Below the pieces are notes generated by a model that ran no database searches, had not been told where the DNA came from, and was given only the letters and a program-made list of their open reading frames with translations. A stretch of DNA of 64,000 nucleotides. Origin: Terriglobales bacterium. GTDB lineage: Bacteria > Acidobacteriota > Terriglobia > Terriglobales > SCQP01. The translations under genes and the position numbers were made by a program. The stretch lies in contig JBOGKJ010000285.1 in the NCBI GenBank assembly GCA_050745565.1, forward strand, positions 2,149-66,148, read 5' to 3'. Below, one piece after another: positions 39,491 to 48,697 of the stretch (positions are counted from its first letter, which is position 1; each line of letters begins with the position of its first letter).

Positions 39491-40750
39491 ATGGCCAGCA
39501 GTTTGAATGAAAACCTGCATTTGGCCTATGACACCGTGCGCCAGCACAAGGTGCGCTCGGCGCTGACCATCCTGGGCGTGTTTGTCGGGACGGTGACGCT
39601 GATGGCGATCGGCAGCATCCTCACCGGCATGAACAAGTACGTGGTGGATCAAATCGAGAGCTTCGGCACCAACACCATCTTCATTTACAAGTTTGCCCCC
39701 GGCATCCACCTCGGCCAGCTTACGCGCGAGGAGCGCATGCGCAAACCGCTCAGCGACCGCGACATTGAGGCCGTGCGCGAGGGCTGCGGCGCCTGCGTCG
39801 CCATCAGCGCCCAGGTGCTGCCGGACAGCGCCTTCAACGGCCCGCCCGGCAGCGGCCCCACCAACGCCCGCTACCGCAGCCACGAGGTGGACGGACTCCA
39901 GTTCAGCGGCACCGAAGCCAACTTCCCTCAGGCCACCAACCAGTCCATCGAGCAGGGCCGCTATTTCACCCAAGTCGAAAACCTGCACCGCGACAATGTC
40001 GTGGTCGTCGGCCATTCCATTGCCGACGCCCTCTTCCCCGGCCAAAACCCCGTCGGCCAGAACTTCCAGATTGACGGGACCTCCTTCCGTCTGATCGGCG
40101 TGTTGGCGCCGCGCAAGGGCGCCGGGCCCTCGGCGCAGGATCTGTCGGCCCGCATCCCGTTTCTCACCTTCGAAAAGCTTTATCCCGCCGCCAAGGAGCA
40201 CTCCATCGAGGCCCTGGCCCGGCCCGGGATGCTGACCGTCGCTCAGGATCAGATTGAAGTCGCGCTGCGCCGCTCCCGGCGCGACAAGTGGGGCGCCCCG
40301 GACAGCTTCGGCATGGCCACCGCCAGCAGCATCATCGGCCAGTTCCACGACATCACCGGCGAGGTGGCGCTGGTGATCGTGGTGATCGCCTCGATCGGCA
40401 TGCTGATTGGCGGCATTGGGGTGATGAATATCATGCTGGTCTCAGTCACCGAGCGCACACGCGAGATCGGCATCCGCAAAGCCATCGGCGCCCGCCGCGC
40501 CGACATCTCGCAGCAGTTCCTCGCCGAGGCCGTGTTCCTCACCGGCCTCGGCGGCATTCTCGGCATCATCGGCGGCTGGCTCATCAGCGAGGCCATCAAA
40601 CTCGCCATCCCCAGCATCCCCACCTCCGTGCCGCTCTGGTCGGTGGCGGCAGGGTTTGGCATTTCCGTTGCCATTGGCATCTTCTTCGGCCTCTTCCCCG
40701 CCATGCAGGCTGCCAAACTGGACCCGGTCGAAGCCCTGCGCTACGAGTAA
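39491..40750 (+). CDS. ABC transporter permease (FtsX/MacB-type), second paralogue
   Basis: 419 aa from ATG 39491 (MASSLNENLHLAYDTVRQHKVRSALT...), with IGIRKAIGAR. The ORF-track start 39359 is an extension. Confidence 0.88.
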   Translation: MASSLNENLHLAYDTVRQHKVRSALTILGVFVGTVTLMAIGSILTGMNKYVVDQIESFGTNTIFIYKFAPGIHLGQLTREERMRKPLSDRDIEAVREGCGACVAISAQVLPDSAFNGPPGSGPTNARYRSHEVDGLQFSGTEANFPQATNQSIEQGRYFTQVENLHRDNVVVVGHSIADALFPGQNPVGQNFQIDGTSFRLIGVLAPRKGAGPSAQDLSARIPFLTFEKLYPAAKEHSIEALARPGMLTVAQDQIEVALRRSRRDKWGAPDSFGMATASSIIGQFHDITGEVALVIVVIASIGMLIGGIGVMNIMLVSVTERTREIGIRKAIGARRADISQQFLAEAVFLTGLGGILGIIGGWLISEAIKLAIPSIPTSVPLWSVAAGFGISVAIGIFFGLFPAMQAAKLDPVEALRYE

Positions 40751-40988
40751 CCGCTGCGCGCCGTCCCCAGGCCTAATTCGGCGTCGCCCTCTCCAGATGG
40801 ACCACGGTGAGAAACGGCTCGGTTGCTTCGGCGCGCAACAACCGCAGCCCCGTATCCATGCGGAGGAGCTATACCGGCGACCCCGAACTCGCCGCCCTCG
40901 CCCAACGCCTGCCCCTGCTTCAACTGTACTGGGTCGGCGTTTGAGCCCCAACCCACTACTCTTCTCCCCGATTCCAGGTCCCAACGCC

Positions 40989-43334
40989 TCACGCCAGCGG
41001 AGCCGCACCGGGGTCGGCGCCAGCATTGACGTAAAGCGAACACACGCAGCGACGGCAAATCGGGTTACTGCCCACATCGAGCGTGCGGCGGAAGCTCAAC
41101 GCCTCCGGGCTGTTGAGAATCGTGAGCAACGGCTGCTGGCGGATATTGCCAAGCGGCGCGTGAAAAAAGCAGGGGCGGACCTGGCCGTCGGACTCGACCA
41201 CGGCCGACACCCAGGGCGCATTGCAGCGAGGAGCGACCGCCGGCGCCAGGCCCAGTTGGGATTCGAAGTGCCGCACCAGACGGTCCAACTTGGCGGGCCC
41301 CTCGACGATGTAGCCGGAGGCGATTTCTGGCGCGCACTCCCGGACCAGGGCGTCCATCTCGGCCCGCAGCCCGCGAGTGTGCTCGGCGGTAAGACCGAGT
41401 GCCTCGTGGGCGGAGGCCGACCACCCTCCGGGCCGCGCGTCGTGTTGAAAAGCTTCCGGCGAAAGGTCGGCCGCGAGGAACGAAATCGAGCTGAGTCCGA
41501 GTTCCAGGGCGGAACGGACGGTGGCGCGAAGGCAGCCGAAGTTGGCTTGCGAAATGGTGCAGCGACCGGCAATTGTCATCCCCGGGCGTAGATCCCGCAG
41601 CGCCTTGATACCGCGTGCCAAGTGGGCGTAAGCCCCGGAGACATTCCGCACCTGATCATGGGCCGCAGGCGGACCATCCAGCGAAACAATCACGTCATCC
41701 ACGTTGTCGGCCACCAGACACGCCCGTGGCGCCAGCAGCAAACCCGAACTGAGCAACGTTAGCCGCACCCGCTCGCCCCGTAGTATCCGGGCGAGGGCCG
41801 GCAGGTCGGAGTGCATCAGCGCCTCCCCGCCGGACAACACGACCCATCGCACCGCCAGCGAGCGTAGCGAGTTCCGCAGGCCATCGAGATCGGAAGTATT
41901 GAGCTCGCGGGTCTGGCGGATGCGCCAGATGTCGCACATTAGGCAGCGGCAGTTGCAACGGTTGTGCGGAAGCAGCACCAGGATTGGTAGTTGCCGGATG
42001 TAGTGGGGGTCGGACGGGTCGCCCTCCGCGCCAACGGCGCCGGCGGCGGCGGGCAGCGCCCGAGGGCGCGAGGGAGCAGACCCCAGCAGCTTGCCGCCGA
42101 GCCGGAGTTCAGAGCCCAAACACTGCCGGGCGGCGGCGAGCAAATGGCGCACCGGCGCCCGCACCAGACGTTCATGCCCGCCGGCCACGAGCGGCTCCAG
42201 GCCGTGAAGTAGATTTCGCGCGGATCCACTCCAGCGCTCGCCCAGTTCTGGGGCCAGCAGCTGCACGCGGCCGTCCTTTAGCACCAGCGCCACATCGTGG
42301 TGGCGTGCCCCCACCAACAGCTCGGCGGGCGTACTCCGCTCCATTCCGCCCGCGCAGCGTACCGCGATCAAGTCCGCGGCGCCACCGCGCGCTATCCGCC
42401 CGATACCACCCGTCAGGCCCAGGACCGAGCCGGCGCGCCGGGTGACCATGTCGTAGAGCAGGGCTCGGGGATGCAATCCATCGCCGAAGACCTGCGCGGC
42501 GTCGGACATCTCGTCCAGGAGATCGCCGGCGGCGGTCAGTGCCGAGTCGCTTCCGAGGATAGCCTTGGGGTTGTCGCGGATCAGATCGGGCGCGACCGTC
42601 GTCCCCAGCATGAACAAGTTCGAACTCGGACACCAGACCAGAGTGGCCCGCCGCTCGCGCAGAAGGCGGTGACCGTCCGCATCCAGGCCGACACAGTGAA
42701 CGGCCACGGTTCTCGCATCGAGGACCCCGAGTTTGTCAAGCTTCCCGGCTTCCTGGCGGCTGGCCTCGTCGGTGCCTTCCGCCAGATGCAGGATGAAGGG
42801 CGCATCGGAGGGCGCGCGCCTCCACGCGGCGGCGGCATCACCGCCCAGCGCAAGTGAGTGGATCCAACCATAGCGGCGCAGAACCCGAACCGGAAAGTCC
42901 GCATCCAGGCATGCGGCGTAGCAGGGGTTGTGATGGCAGACGGTGGTGACGCCGCACAACAGGTTCTTCAGGCCGCCCCACCAGCAACGCACCTCCTTGG
43001 AAAGCCTGGAATGCTCCTGAACCGGAGAACGGTCGGGCTGGTAGATATCGGCGGCCCAGGCCAGAAAATTGGGGTAAGGTCCGCGGCCGAGACGCGGGAA
43101 CAGATTGAACTCGAGATGCTCATGGGCATTGATCAGGCCGGGCAGGATCATGTAGCCGGACAGATCGAGGTGCTGGGCGCGGCGCGCATAGGCGAGCGGC
43201 ACGGCCTCACCGGCGTCGGGGATTTGGCGGATGGTCGAGCCGGCGATGAGTATCCGGGCCGGAATGCTGGTGGCGGCGTCGAGCGCGATCCGCGCCCCGG
43301 AGATGAGAATCGGGGCGGATGCGGGTGCGCTCAT
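40989..43334 (-). CDS. fusion protein: N-terminal metal-dependent amidohydrolase domain + C-terminal radical SAM domain with SPASM/twitch-like Cys-rich tail
   Basis: One uninterrupted ORF. LPGLINAHEHLEF (HxH), then PHNRCNCRCLMCDIW (CX3CX2C), then CNAPW...RPCFFH...NPICRRCVCSL. Start set at ATG 43334 (ATGA overlap with the upstream stop); the ORF-track start is 43361. Confidence 0.8.
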   Translation of the reverse strand: MSAPASAPILISGARIALDAATSIPARILIAGSTIRQIPDAGEAVPLAYARRAQHLDLSGYMILPGLINAHEHLEFNLFPRLGRGPYPNFLAWAADIYQPDRSPVQEHSRLSKEVRCWWGGLKNLLCGVTTVCHHNPCYAACLDADFPVRVLRRYGWIHSLALGGDAAAAWRRAPSDAPFILHLAEGTDEASRQEAGKLDKLGVLDARTVAVHCVGLDADGHRLLRERRATLVWCPSSNLFMLGTTVAPDLIRDNPKAILGSDSALTAAGDLLDEMSDAAQVFGDGLHPRALLYDMVTRRAGSVLGLTGGIGRIARGGAADLIAVRCAGGMERSTPAELLVGARHHDVALVLKDGRVQLLAPELGERWSGSARNLLHGLEPLVAGGHERLVRAPVRHLLAAARQCLGSELRLGGKLLGSAPSRPRALPAAAGAVGAEGDPSDPHYIRQLPILVLLPHNRCNCRCLMCDIWRIRQTRELNTSDLDGLRNSLRSLAVRWVVLSGGEALMHSDLPALARILRGERVRLTLLSSGLLLAPRACLVADNVDDVIVSLDGPPAAHDQVRNVSGAYAHLARGIKALRDLRPGMTIAGRCTISQANFGCLRATVRSALELGLSSISFLAADLSPEAFQHDARPGGWSASAHEALGLTAEHTRGLRAEMDALVRECAPEIASGYIVEGPAKLDRLVRHFESQLGLAPAVAPRCNAPWVSAVVESDGQVRPCFFHAPLGNIRQQPLLTILNSPEALSFRRTLDVGSNPICRRCVCSLYVNAGADPGAAPLA

Positions 43335-44035
43335 GGTTGGACGGGCGGCGATACCCGCCACACGAAGGTGAGCAGTGCCGGCACCGCGCCTGCGGCGTCA
43401 AAGAGGTCCGGGCGGCCAGCGGCGGCGAAGATGGGTCGCTCCGGCTCGCCCAACCGCGCCTGCTGGCAGCTCAGCAATTGGCAGCCGGCCGCCGTGAATG
43501 CCGCCTCCAGCCGGCGCGGAGGTTGCGGGTAATGCGGAACCTCAGTCCAGTGCCCGTCCGGGGAGGTGAAGCCACGCCGCCAGCCGGCTTCAGGATGGAC
43601 GTCGGCGATCAGGATGTAGGCGCCGGGGCGCGACTGACGGCTCAACTCCCGCGCCAGCGCCGGGACATCAGGCAGATACGCGAGGGCCAAGCAACAAAGG
43701 ATGCACTCGGCCCAATGCGCCGCCAGAGGCAGGCGGAGCACGTCGGCGCGCACCAACCGGGCGCGACCCGCCAAGCGCGAACGAGCACGGGCGAGCATCG
43801 CGGCGGAACGGTCCACCCCGACCGCAGTGCCGGCCCCCAGCGCCATCATCCGTTCCAGCCCTCGCCCGGTACCGCAAGCGACGTCGAGTACAGCCCGGCC
43901 CCGCAGATCGGGCAGCAGCGGCGTCAGCGTGCGCTCCGCCAGCGCTAACAACGGATTGGGTTGCTGGTCGTAGACCTCCGCCCAGGCGTCGTGGGGGCAG
44001 GGTTTTCGGACCATGTACCCCGGCACTGCACTCAT
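43331..44035 (-). CDS. class I SAM-dependent methyltransferase
   Basis: 234 aa, motif I VLDVACGTGRG. ATGA overlaps at both ends. Confidence 0.85.
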   Translation of the reverse strand: MSAVPGYMVRKPCPHDAWAEVYDQQPNPLLALAERTLTPLLPDLRGRAVLDVACGTGRGLERMMALGAGTAVGVDRSAAMLARARSRLAGRARLVRADVLRLPLAAHWAECILCCLALAYLPDVPALARELSRQSRPGAYILIADVHPEAGWRRGFTSPDGHWTEVPHYPQPPRRLEAAFTAAGCQLLSCQQARLGEPERPIFAAAGRPDLFDAAGAVPALLTFVWRVSPPVQP

Positions 44036-45522
44036 AGGCTCTCGCTCTCAGGCTGCCGCTGACGCAGCAATCTCTGCAGCCATCGCAGTTCCACCGGCCA
44101 GGCGTAGATGCGGCAGAGATAGCGCCAGGCGCTCAGGCCCCGCAACAGCCAGCGCCCCCACCGCGGCATGCGGATGTCCTGAATGGTGGGCCAGTGGCTG
44201 GCCACCACGAGCCGGAAATTATCAATCGTTCGCCGCGTACGCGCCGCCAGCCAGGGACTGTGCGGGCTGCGGCGAATGGTGAAGTTGAACCACCGTTCGG
44301 TGGCCCACTCCTCGGGGGTGTTGGGAAACTGAATCTGCGCTTCGACGTCACCGTACATGCGGTCGCGCTGCGGTACCGGCGTGTAGTGATAGAGAATGAT
44401 CTCCGAGGCGGGGTGAATGCGTTTCAACCGGCGGATGAACGCCAGGCATTCCCGCGTGTCACGGTCCGGATCCTTGGGATTGCCGACCACGAAGGAAAAT
44501 TCCGGGATGATGCCAAAGCCACGAATGCGGGCCGCCAATTCCAGCGTCTGCTCCACCCGCAGGTGCTTGTTCATGTCCTGCAAGACCCAGTTGGAGCCCG
44601 ATTCGGCGCCAAAGAAGATCATGGTGGCGCCGGAACGGCGCAACGCCGCAAAGGTGGCGTCGGAAAACCGCAGCATGGCGTCGATGCGGGCCTCGCACCA
44701 CCAGCGCAGATGCAGCGGCGTCAACCGCTCCGCCAGCTCGCGCGCGGTGTCTTCGCGCAGAAAAAAATTGTTGTCGTAGAACTGCACCGCGTCGGCGCCG
44801 TAGTGCGAGCTCAGATGTTGGAGCACGGCGGCGGTGCGAACGGGCGCCTCCATTTTCTCGCGGCTGCCGAAGGCGGTGGCGACACCACAAAAGCTGCACG
44901 GATAGGGACAGCCGAGGCTGGCCTGGTGGACGGCGGTGCGCCGGCCCAGAAACGACGGTAGCAGATAGCGGTCCACCGGCAGACGGTGATAAGGGAGCCA
45001 GGGGAAAGTGCCCGGGTTCTTCATGACCCGCTCAGGATTGTGGTGATGCGCGCCCGCGGCATCCCTATACGAGAGGCCCCGGATTTCCGCACGGCCGGCG
45101 CGGTCCGGCAGGGCGGCGAGCAGCTCCAAAAAGGTGTCCTCGCCCTGGCCGCGTACCACGTAATCGACGTAGGGCGCATTGAGCGCGGCGTCGGGATACA
45201 AGGTGGGAAAATATCCGCCCCAGACGATGGTCACTCCCGGAAACGCGGCCCGCAATGGCCGGCAACAGCTGATGGCCGCGCGCATCTGCGGCCCCGGCAT
45301 GACCGTGGCAGCCAGCACCGCTTGCGGGTGCTGTTTCAAGATCGCGCTGATGCTAGCCACAGGATCGGGGTCGAGGTTGCCGTCGACGATCGTATACGGC
45401 CACCGGCCCTCCAGCACGGCGGCGATGGTCAGGACCGACAGCGGAAAGCGGCGGCTGCGGGGCCGGGTGGCTCGGGGGTTGAAGAGAATAATCATGCCAT
45501 GGGCATTAAAGGCGGTATCCAA
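44032..45522 (-). CDS. B12-binding-domain radical SAM protein (subfamily X)
   Basis: 496 aa. N-terminal Rossmann-like B12-type domain, SLGCPYPCSFC cluster motif, C-terminal YAWPVELRW. The start may be 45495. Confidence 0.85.
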   Translation of the reverse strand: MDTAFNAHGMIILFNPRATRPRSRRFPLSVLTIAAVLEGRWPYTIVDGNLDPDPVASISAILKQHPQAVLAATVMPGPQMRAAISCCRPLRAAFPGVTIVWGGYFPTLYPDAALNAPYVDYVVRGQGEDTFLELLAALPDRAGRAEIRGLSYRDAAGAHHHNPERVMKNPGTFPWLPYHRLPVDRYLLPSFLGRRTAVHQASLGCPYPCSFCGVATAFGSREKMEAPVRTAAVLQHLSSHYGADAVQFYDNNFFLREDTARELAERLTPLHLRWWCEARIDAMLRFSDATFAALRRSGATMIFFGAESGSNWVLQDMNKHLRVEQTLELAARIRGFGIIPEFSFVVGNPKDPDRDTRECLAFIRRLKRIHPASEIILYHYTPVPQRDRMYGDVEAQIQFPNTPEEWATERWFNFTIRRSPHSPWLAARTRRTIDNFRLVVASHWPTIQDIRMPRWGRWLLRGLSAWRYLCRIYAWPVELRWLQRLLRQRQPESESL

Positions 45523-46471
45523 GCCACAGGTAGAAACGCGAGGGCTCGCGGCGCCGCAACAACCTCGCCTTCCAGGGCCGCAGGCGCCAGGCCAGGCCGT
45601 AATCGGGCAGGTGGCGCTCCCAGCGCAAACCCAGGGCCGCGGCTAGCGATTCCATCGTTTCCTGCACCAGGTACTCGCGGCTGCGCAGCGCGTCCGAGCG
45701 CTGCCCAAACTGACGCTGAAAGCGCTGGTGTTTTTCCTCAACCATGCGATCGCCGCTGACCGCCTGCGCGTAGAAGGGCGAATCCAGAATCGCCACCGCG
45801 CCGTCCACCCGCAGACACCGCAGCGCTTCGGCGAGCGTGGACCGGTAATCCTCCGAGTAATGGAACACGGCATTGTAAATCGCCAAGTCGAATTGCGCCT
45901 CGCAGAACGGCAAGTGATCCATGTCCGCCTGATATCGGGAAAAGCGGACGTCTTCGGCCAGATAGTGGCGCGCCGCGCCGAGGCCGTCGTCGGGATGGTC
46001 GAGCAGATCCACCGCGACTGGGCGGTGGCCCATGGCGGTGAGGCGATGGCTCAACCAACCGTTGCCGGCTCCGAGGTCGAGGATGTCGAGGCCGCCGCCC
46101 CGGGCGGCGGCGAGGCGCGGGACGAGGTTGGTCGCCAAGTGGCGGTAACTACAGCCCCGGATGGCCCACTCCCAGGCGTGGCGGCCGGTGCGGTCACTGT
46201 AGGGGAGATCAAGATAATAGGCGGGGTCGGGTGAGCCCCGCCCCTCCTGCGATCGGATGGTGGTGTAGCTCGTCGCGAAGGCGGCGAAGTGCCGGGCCCG
46301 GTCGGCGGCCAAAGCGCGCCAGATGCCGTCACGCAGACCCACCTCGAAACCGCAATGCGGACACAGGATGGCGGAGTCGCCCGCCGGCGGCAGCCCACGG
46401 GCGCAGGCCGGGCAGCGCAGACGCAAGCCGAAAGCGGCGGCGGTGGGCGCCATGGCGGCCGGAGTGCTCAT
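45506..46471 (-). CDS. SAM-dependent methyltransferase with N-terminal zinc-ribbon
   Basis: 321 aa from ATG 46471: CPAC...CPHC ribbon, then ILDLGAGNGWLS motif I. The ORF-track entry (438 aa) is over-extended. Confidence 0.8.
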   Translation of the reverse strand: MSTPAAMAPTAAAFGLRLRCPACARGLPPAGDSAILCPHCGFEVGLRDGIWRALAADRARHFAAFATSYTTIRSQEGRGSPDPAYYLDLPYSDRTGRHAWEWAIRGCSYRHLATNLVPRLAAARGGGLDILDLGAGNGWLSHRLTAMGHRPVAVDLLDHPDDGLGAARHYLAEDVRFSRYQADMDHLPFCEAQFDLAIYNAVFHYSEDYRSTLAEALRCLRVDGAVAILDSPFYAQAVSGDRMVEEKHQRFQRQFGQRSDALRSREYLVQETMESLAAALGLRWERHLPDYGLAWRLRPWKARLLRRREPSRFYLWLGYRL

Positions 46472-47271
46472 GTTCGTTGCAACTCGATCAGCAGGTGATC
46501 CGCCAAGGAGCGGTATCCCCACCAAGCGCCAAAGTGTCGGTCCAATCGCTCCATCCGGGTCAGCAGGCGGGGATGCCGTCGAGCCCAGGGTTCCCAGCGG
46601 GATGAAGGCACCGCAACGCCTACGCCGCGCCACCGCAGCAAACGAAAATGGGGGGCGAAGCGGCGCGCCAGGGCGGGAGCGCAGTAATAGCGCACCCGAA
46701 TTGGCGCACCGGCAATGCGGGCCTCGACGACGCCGTGCCGCAGCCGCCGCAGCCCTTTGCCGAGCTGGCCTTGGGCGAGCAGGCCGGCCATCTCCCAGCC
46801 CCCCCATCGGCCCGACACGCACAACAGCGCCGGCGCGGCCGGCCGCAACAACCGCGCCAGTTGTTCCGCCGCCGCCCGAAGGTCCTCCACACAGTTCAAT
46901 CCCGAGAAATTGGAAAACACTCCATCAAACCGCTCGGCTGGTTGCAGTTCCTGGAGAGCTTCGATCGCCAGCACGTGGACCTCTGCCGAGCCCGCGGCCG
47001 GGACGCGGCGCATGCGCCAGCGCGCCTGTTCCACCATGCGGGCGGATTGATCGCAGGCCCAGACGCTCACACCCCTTCCGGCCAGCCGCGCCGCGTCCAC
47101 GCCTGTGCCGCAGTTGATTTCCAGCACGTGCTGGCCGGGTTGAAACACGCGATCCATGACCCGCCACACCAGGCGGCGCTGGGCGCCGCCGATGCGGGAA
47201 TCGGTGAACACCCGGTCGTACTCGCCGGCGAGGCCGTCAAAGGGCGCCGAGGCAACTGCGGCGGCGTCCAT
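46468..47271 (-). CDS. class I SAM-dependent methyltransferase
   Basis: 267 aa, motif I VLEINCGTGVDA. Confidence 0.85.
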   Translation of the reverse strand: MDAAAVASAPFDGLAGEYDRVFTDSRIGGAQRRLVWRVMDRVFQPGQHVLEINCGTGVDAARLAGRGVSVWACDQSARMVEQARWRMRRVPAAGSAEVHVLAIEALQELQPAERFDGVFSNFSGLNCVEDLRAAAEQLARLLRPAAPALLCVSGRWGGWEMAGLLAQGQLGKGLRRLRHGVVEARIAGAPIRVRYYCAPALARRFAPHFRLLRWRGVGVAVPSSRWEPWARRHPRLLTRMERLDRHFGAWWGYRSLADHLLIELQRT

Positions 47272-48695
47272 TACGCCTCCACCTCAGCGGCGGCTCCCAG
47301 CAGGCCCGAGCGGGCGCTCTGGACCGCGGTTCGAAACGCGTTCAGGTCCGGCTCTGCCGCGCCGGCGCGCTGGCGGCGGTGCAGCTGCACCTCGGCTTCG
47401 AGAAGCTGGTCGGCGTAGCTGTAAAAGCGGCGGGAGTGCCGGCCACGGATGTGCAGCTCGCGATCGGAAGTCTCCGTCCACGGCGCCGAAGCCGTCAGCG
47501 AGTTCTCCAACTCGGCGAAGTACGGCGTCCCTTTGATGGGGTAGGAGACGGTCGTCAGAAAAATATCCGGGTCGGCGCGTTTGACATGGGCCACGGTCGC
47601 CTCGATATCGGCCATCTCCTCGTCCGCATAGCCCCACATCAGGAACATGCCGACCTGAATGCCACGCGCCCGCGCCATGTCCGCCGCCGCCTGCACCTGT
47701 TCCACCTTGACGTCGCGCTGCATGGCGTCGAGCAGCCGCTGCGAGCCGCTCTCCGATCCGATCCAGAGCCGGAAGCAGCCCAACTCCGCCAGCCGGTCGA
47801 GCACGGCGGGGTTGAGCCGGTCGGCGCGCGAAATGCACTCGAATGGAATGTGCAGTCGCCGTTCCCGCATTGCCGCCGCATAGCGTTCAAGCCAGGCGTG
47901 ATGTATCGTGAAGACGTCATCGGCGATCCAGAGCATGTCGGGGGCGTAGCGGCCCAGCACCCACTCGAGCTCTTCCACGACACGGTCGGGGTCGCGCCGG
48001 CGGTGGGTGCGGCCGTAGACGGCGTGGCTGCACCAGCGGCAGCGGTAGGGGCAGCCGCGCGCCGTGATGAGAGCCACGGAGCCGGTGCCGTGGTGCTGGC
48101 GCCAAGCCGCCAGATAGCGTTCGACCGGCACGCGTTCGCGATCCGGCCAGGGCTGGGCATCCAGATCGGCGATCAGCGGCCGGGGCGCAGTCTGGCACAC
48201 TCGGCCGTCGGCCTGCAAAAACGCAAGCCCTCGAATCCCCTCGCAGCCCGTCAGATCCAACCCCCTGCCGCTGTCGCGCGCGCACCGCTGCCGCTCGCGC
48301 AGCACCGGCACCAACTCCTCCAGCGTCAGTTCGCCCTCCCCATACACCACCACGTCAGCGCCCGCCGCCAGGTATTCCGCGGCATACGCGCCCGGCTCCG
48401 GACCGCCGGCCACCGTGACCCAGCCGCTGCGCTTCGCCGCCTGCAGAATTCGCACCGCGTTGCGCCGGGTCATCAGATTGGCGTAAATGCCGAGCACCGC
48501 CGGAGGGCCGGCCTCCAGCACCGACTCGAGCTCGTCGAATGTGCTGAAGGTGCTGTCGAACACCTCCACGGCCATCCCCTGCCGCCGCAGATGAGACGAC
48601 AAATAGAGGATGCCGAGCGGCACGTAGGGCTTCATGATGCGCTGCTCTTTGGCATCGTCGGCGAGGAAGTAACCGTGGGTCAGCAGCAGATCCAT
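47271..48695 (-). CDS. B12-binding-domain radical SAM protein (subfamily Y)
   Basis: 474 aa from ATG 48695: MDLLLTHGYFLADDAKEQRIMKPYVPLGILYL..., ARGCPYRCRWC. Confidence 0.85.
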   Translation of the reverse strand: MDLLLTHGYFLADDAKEQRIMKPYVPLGILYLSSHLRRQGMAVEVFDSTFSTFDELESVLEAGPPAVLGIYANLMTRRNAVRILQAAKRSGWVTVAGGPEPGAYAAEYLAAGADVVVYGEGELTLEELVPVLRERQRCARDSGRGLDLTGCEGIRGLAFLQADGRVCQTAPRPLIADLDAQPWPDRERVPVERYLAAWRQHHGTGSVALITARGCPYRCRWCSHAVYGRTHRRRDPDRVVEELEWVLGRYAPDMLWIADDVFTIHHAWLERYAAAMRERRLHIPFECISRADRLNPAVLDRLAELGCFRLWIGSESGSQRLLDAMQRDVKVEQVQAAADMARARGIQVGMFLMWGYADEEMADIEATVAHVKRADPDIFLTTVSYPIKGTPYFAELENSLTASAPWTETSDRELHIRGRHSRRFYSYADQLLEAEVQLHRRQRAGAAEPDLNAFRTAVQSARSGLLGAAAEVEA

Positions 48696-48697
48696 GG

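Noticed and set aside
40773-40859. 28-aa minus-strand ORF (MDTGLRLLRAEATEPFLTVVHLERATPN) just downstream of the radical SAM/SPASM fusion, considered as a RiPP precursor.
   Set aside because: It has no Shine-Dalgarno sequence, no Cys/Ser/Thr-rich core and no leader-like features. It lies about 130 nt from the preceding stop in a convergent spacer. I cannot distinguish it from a random ORF.
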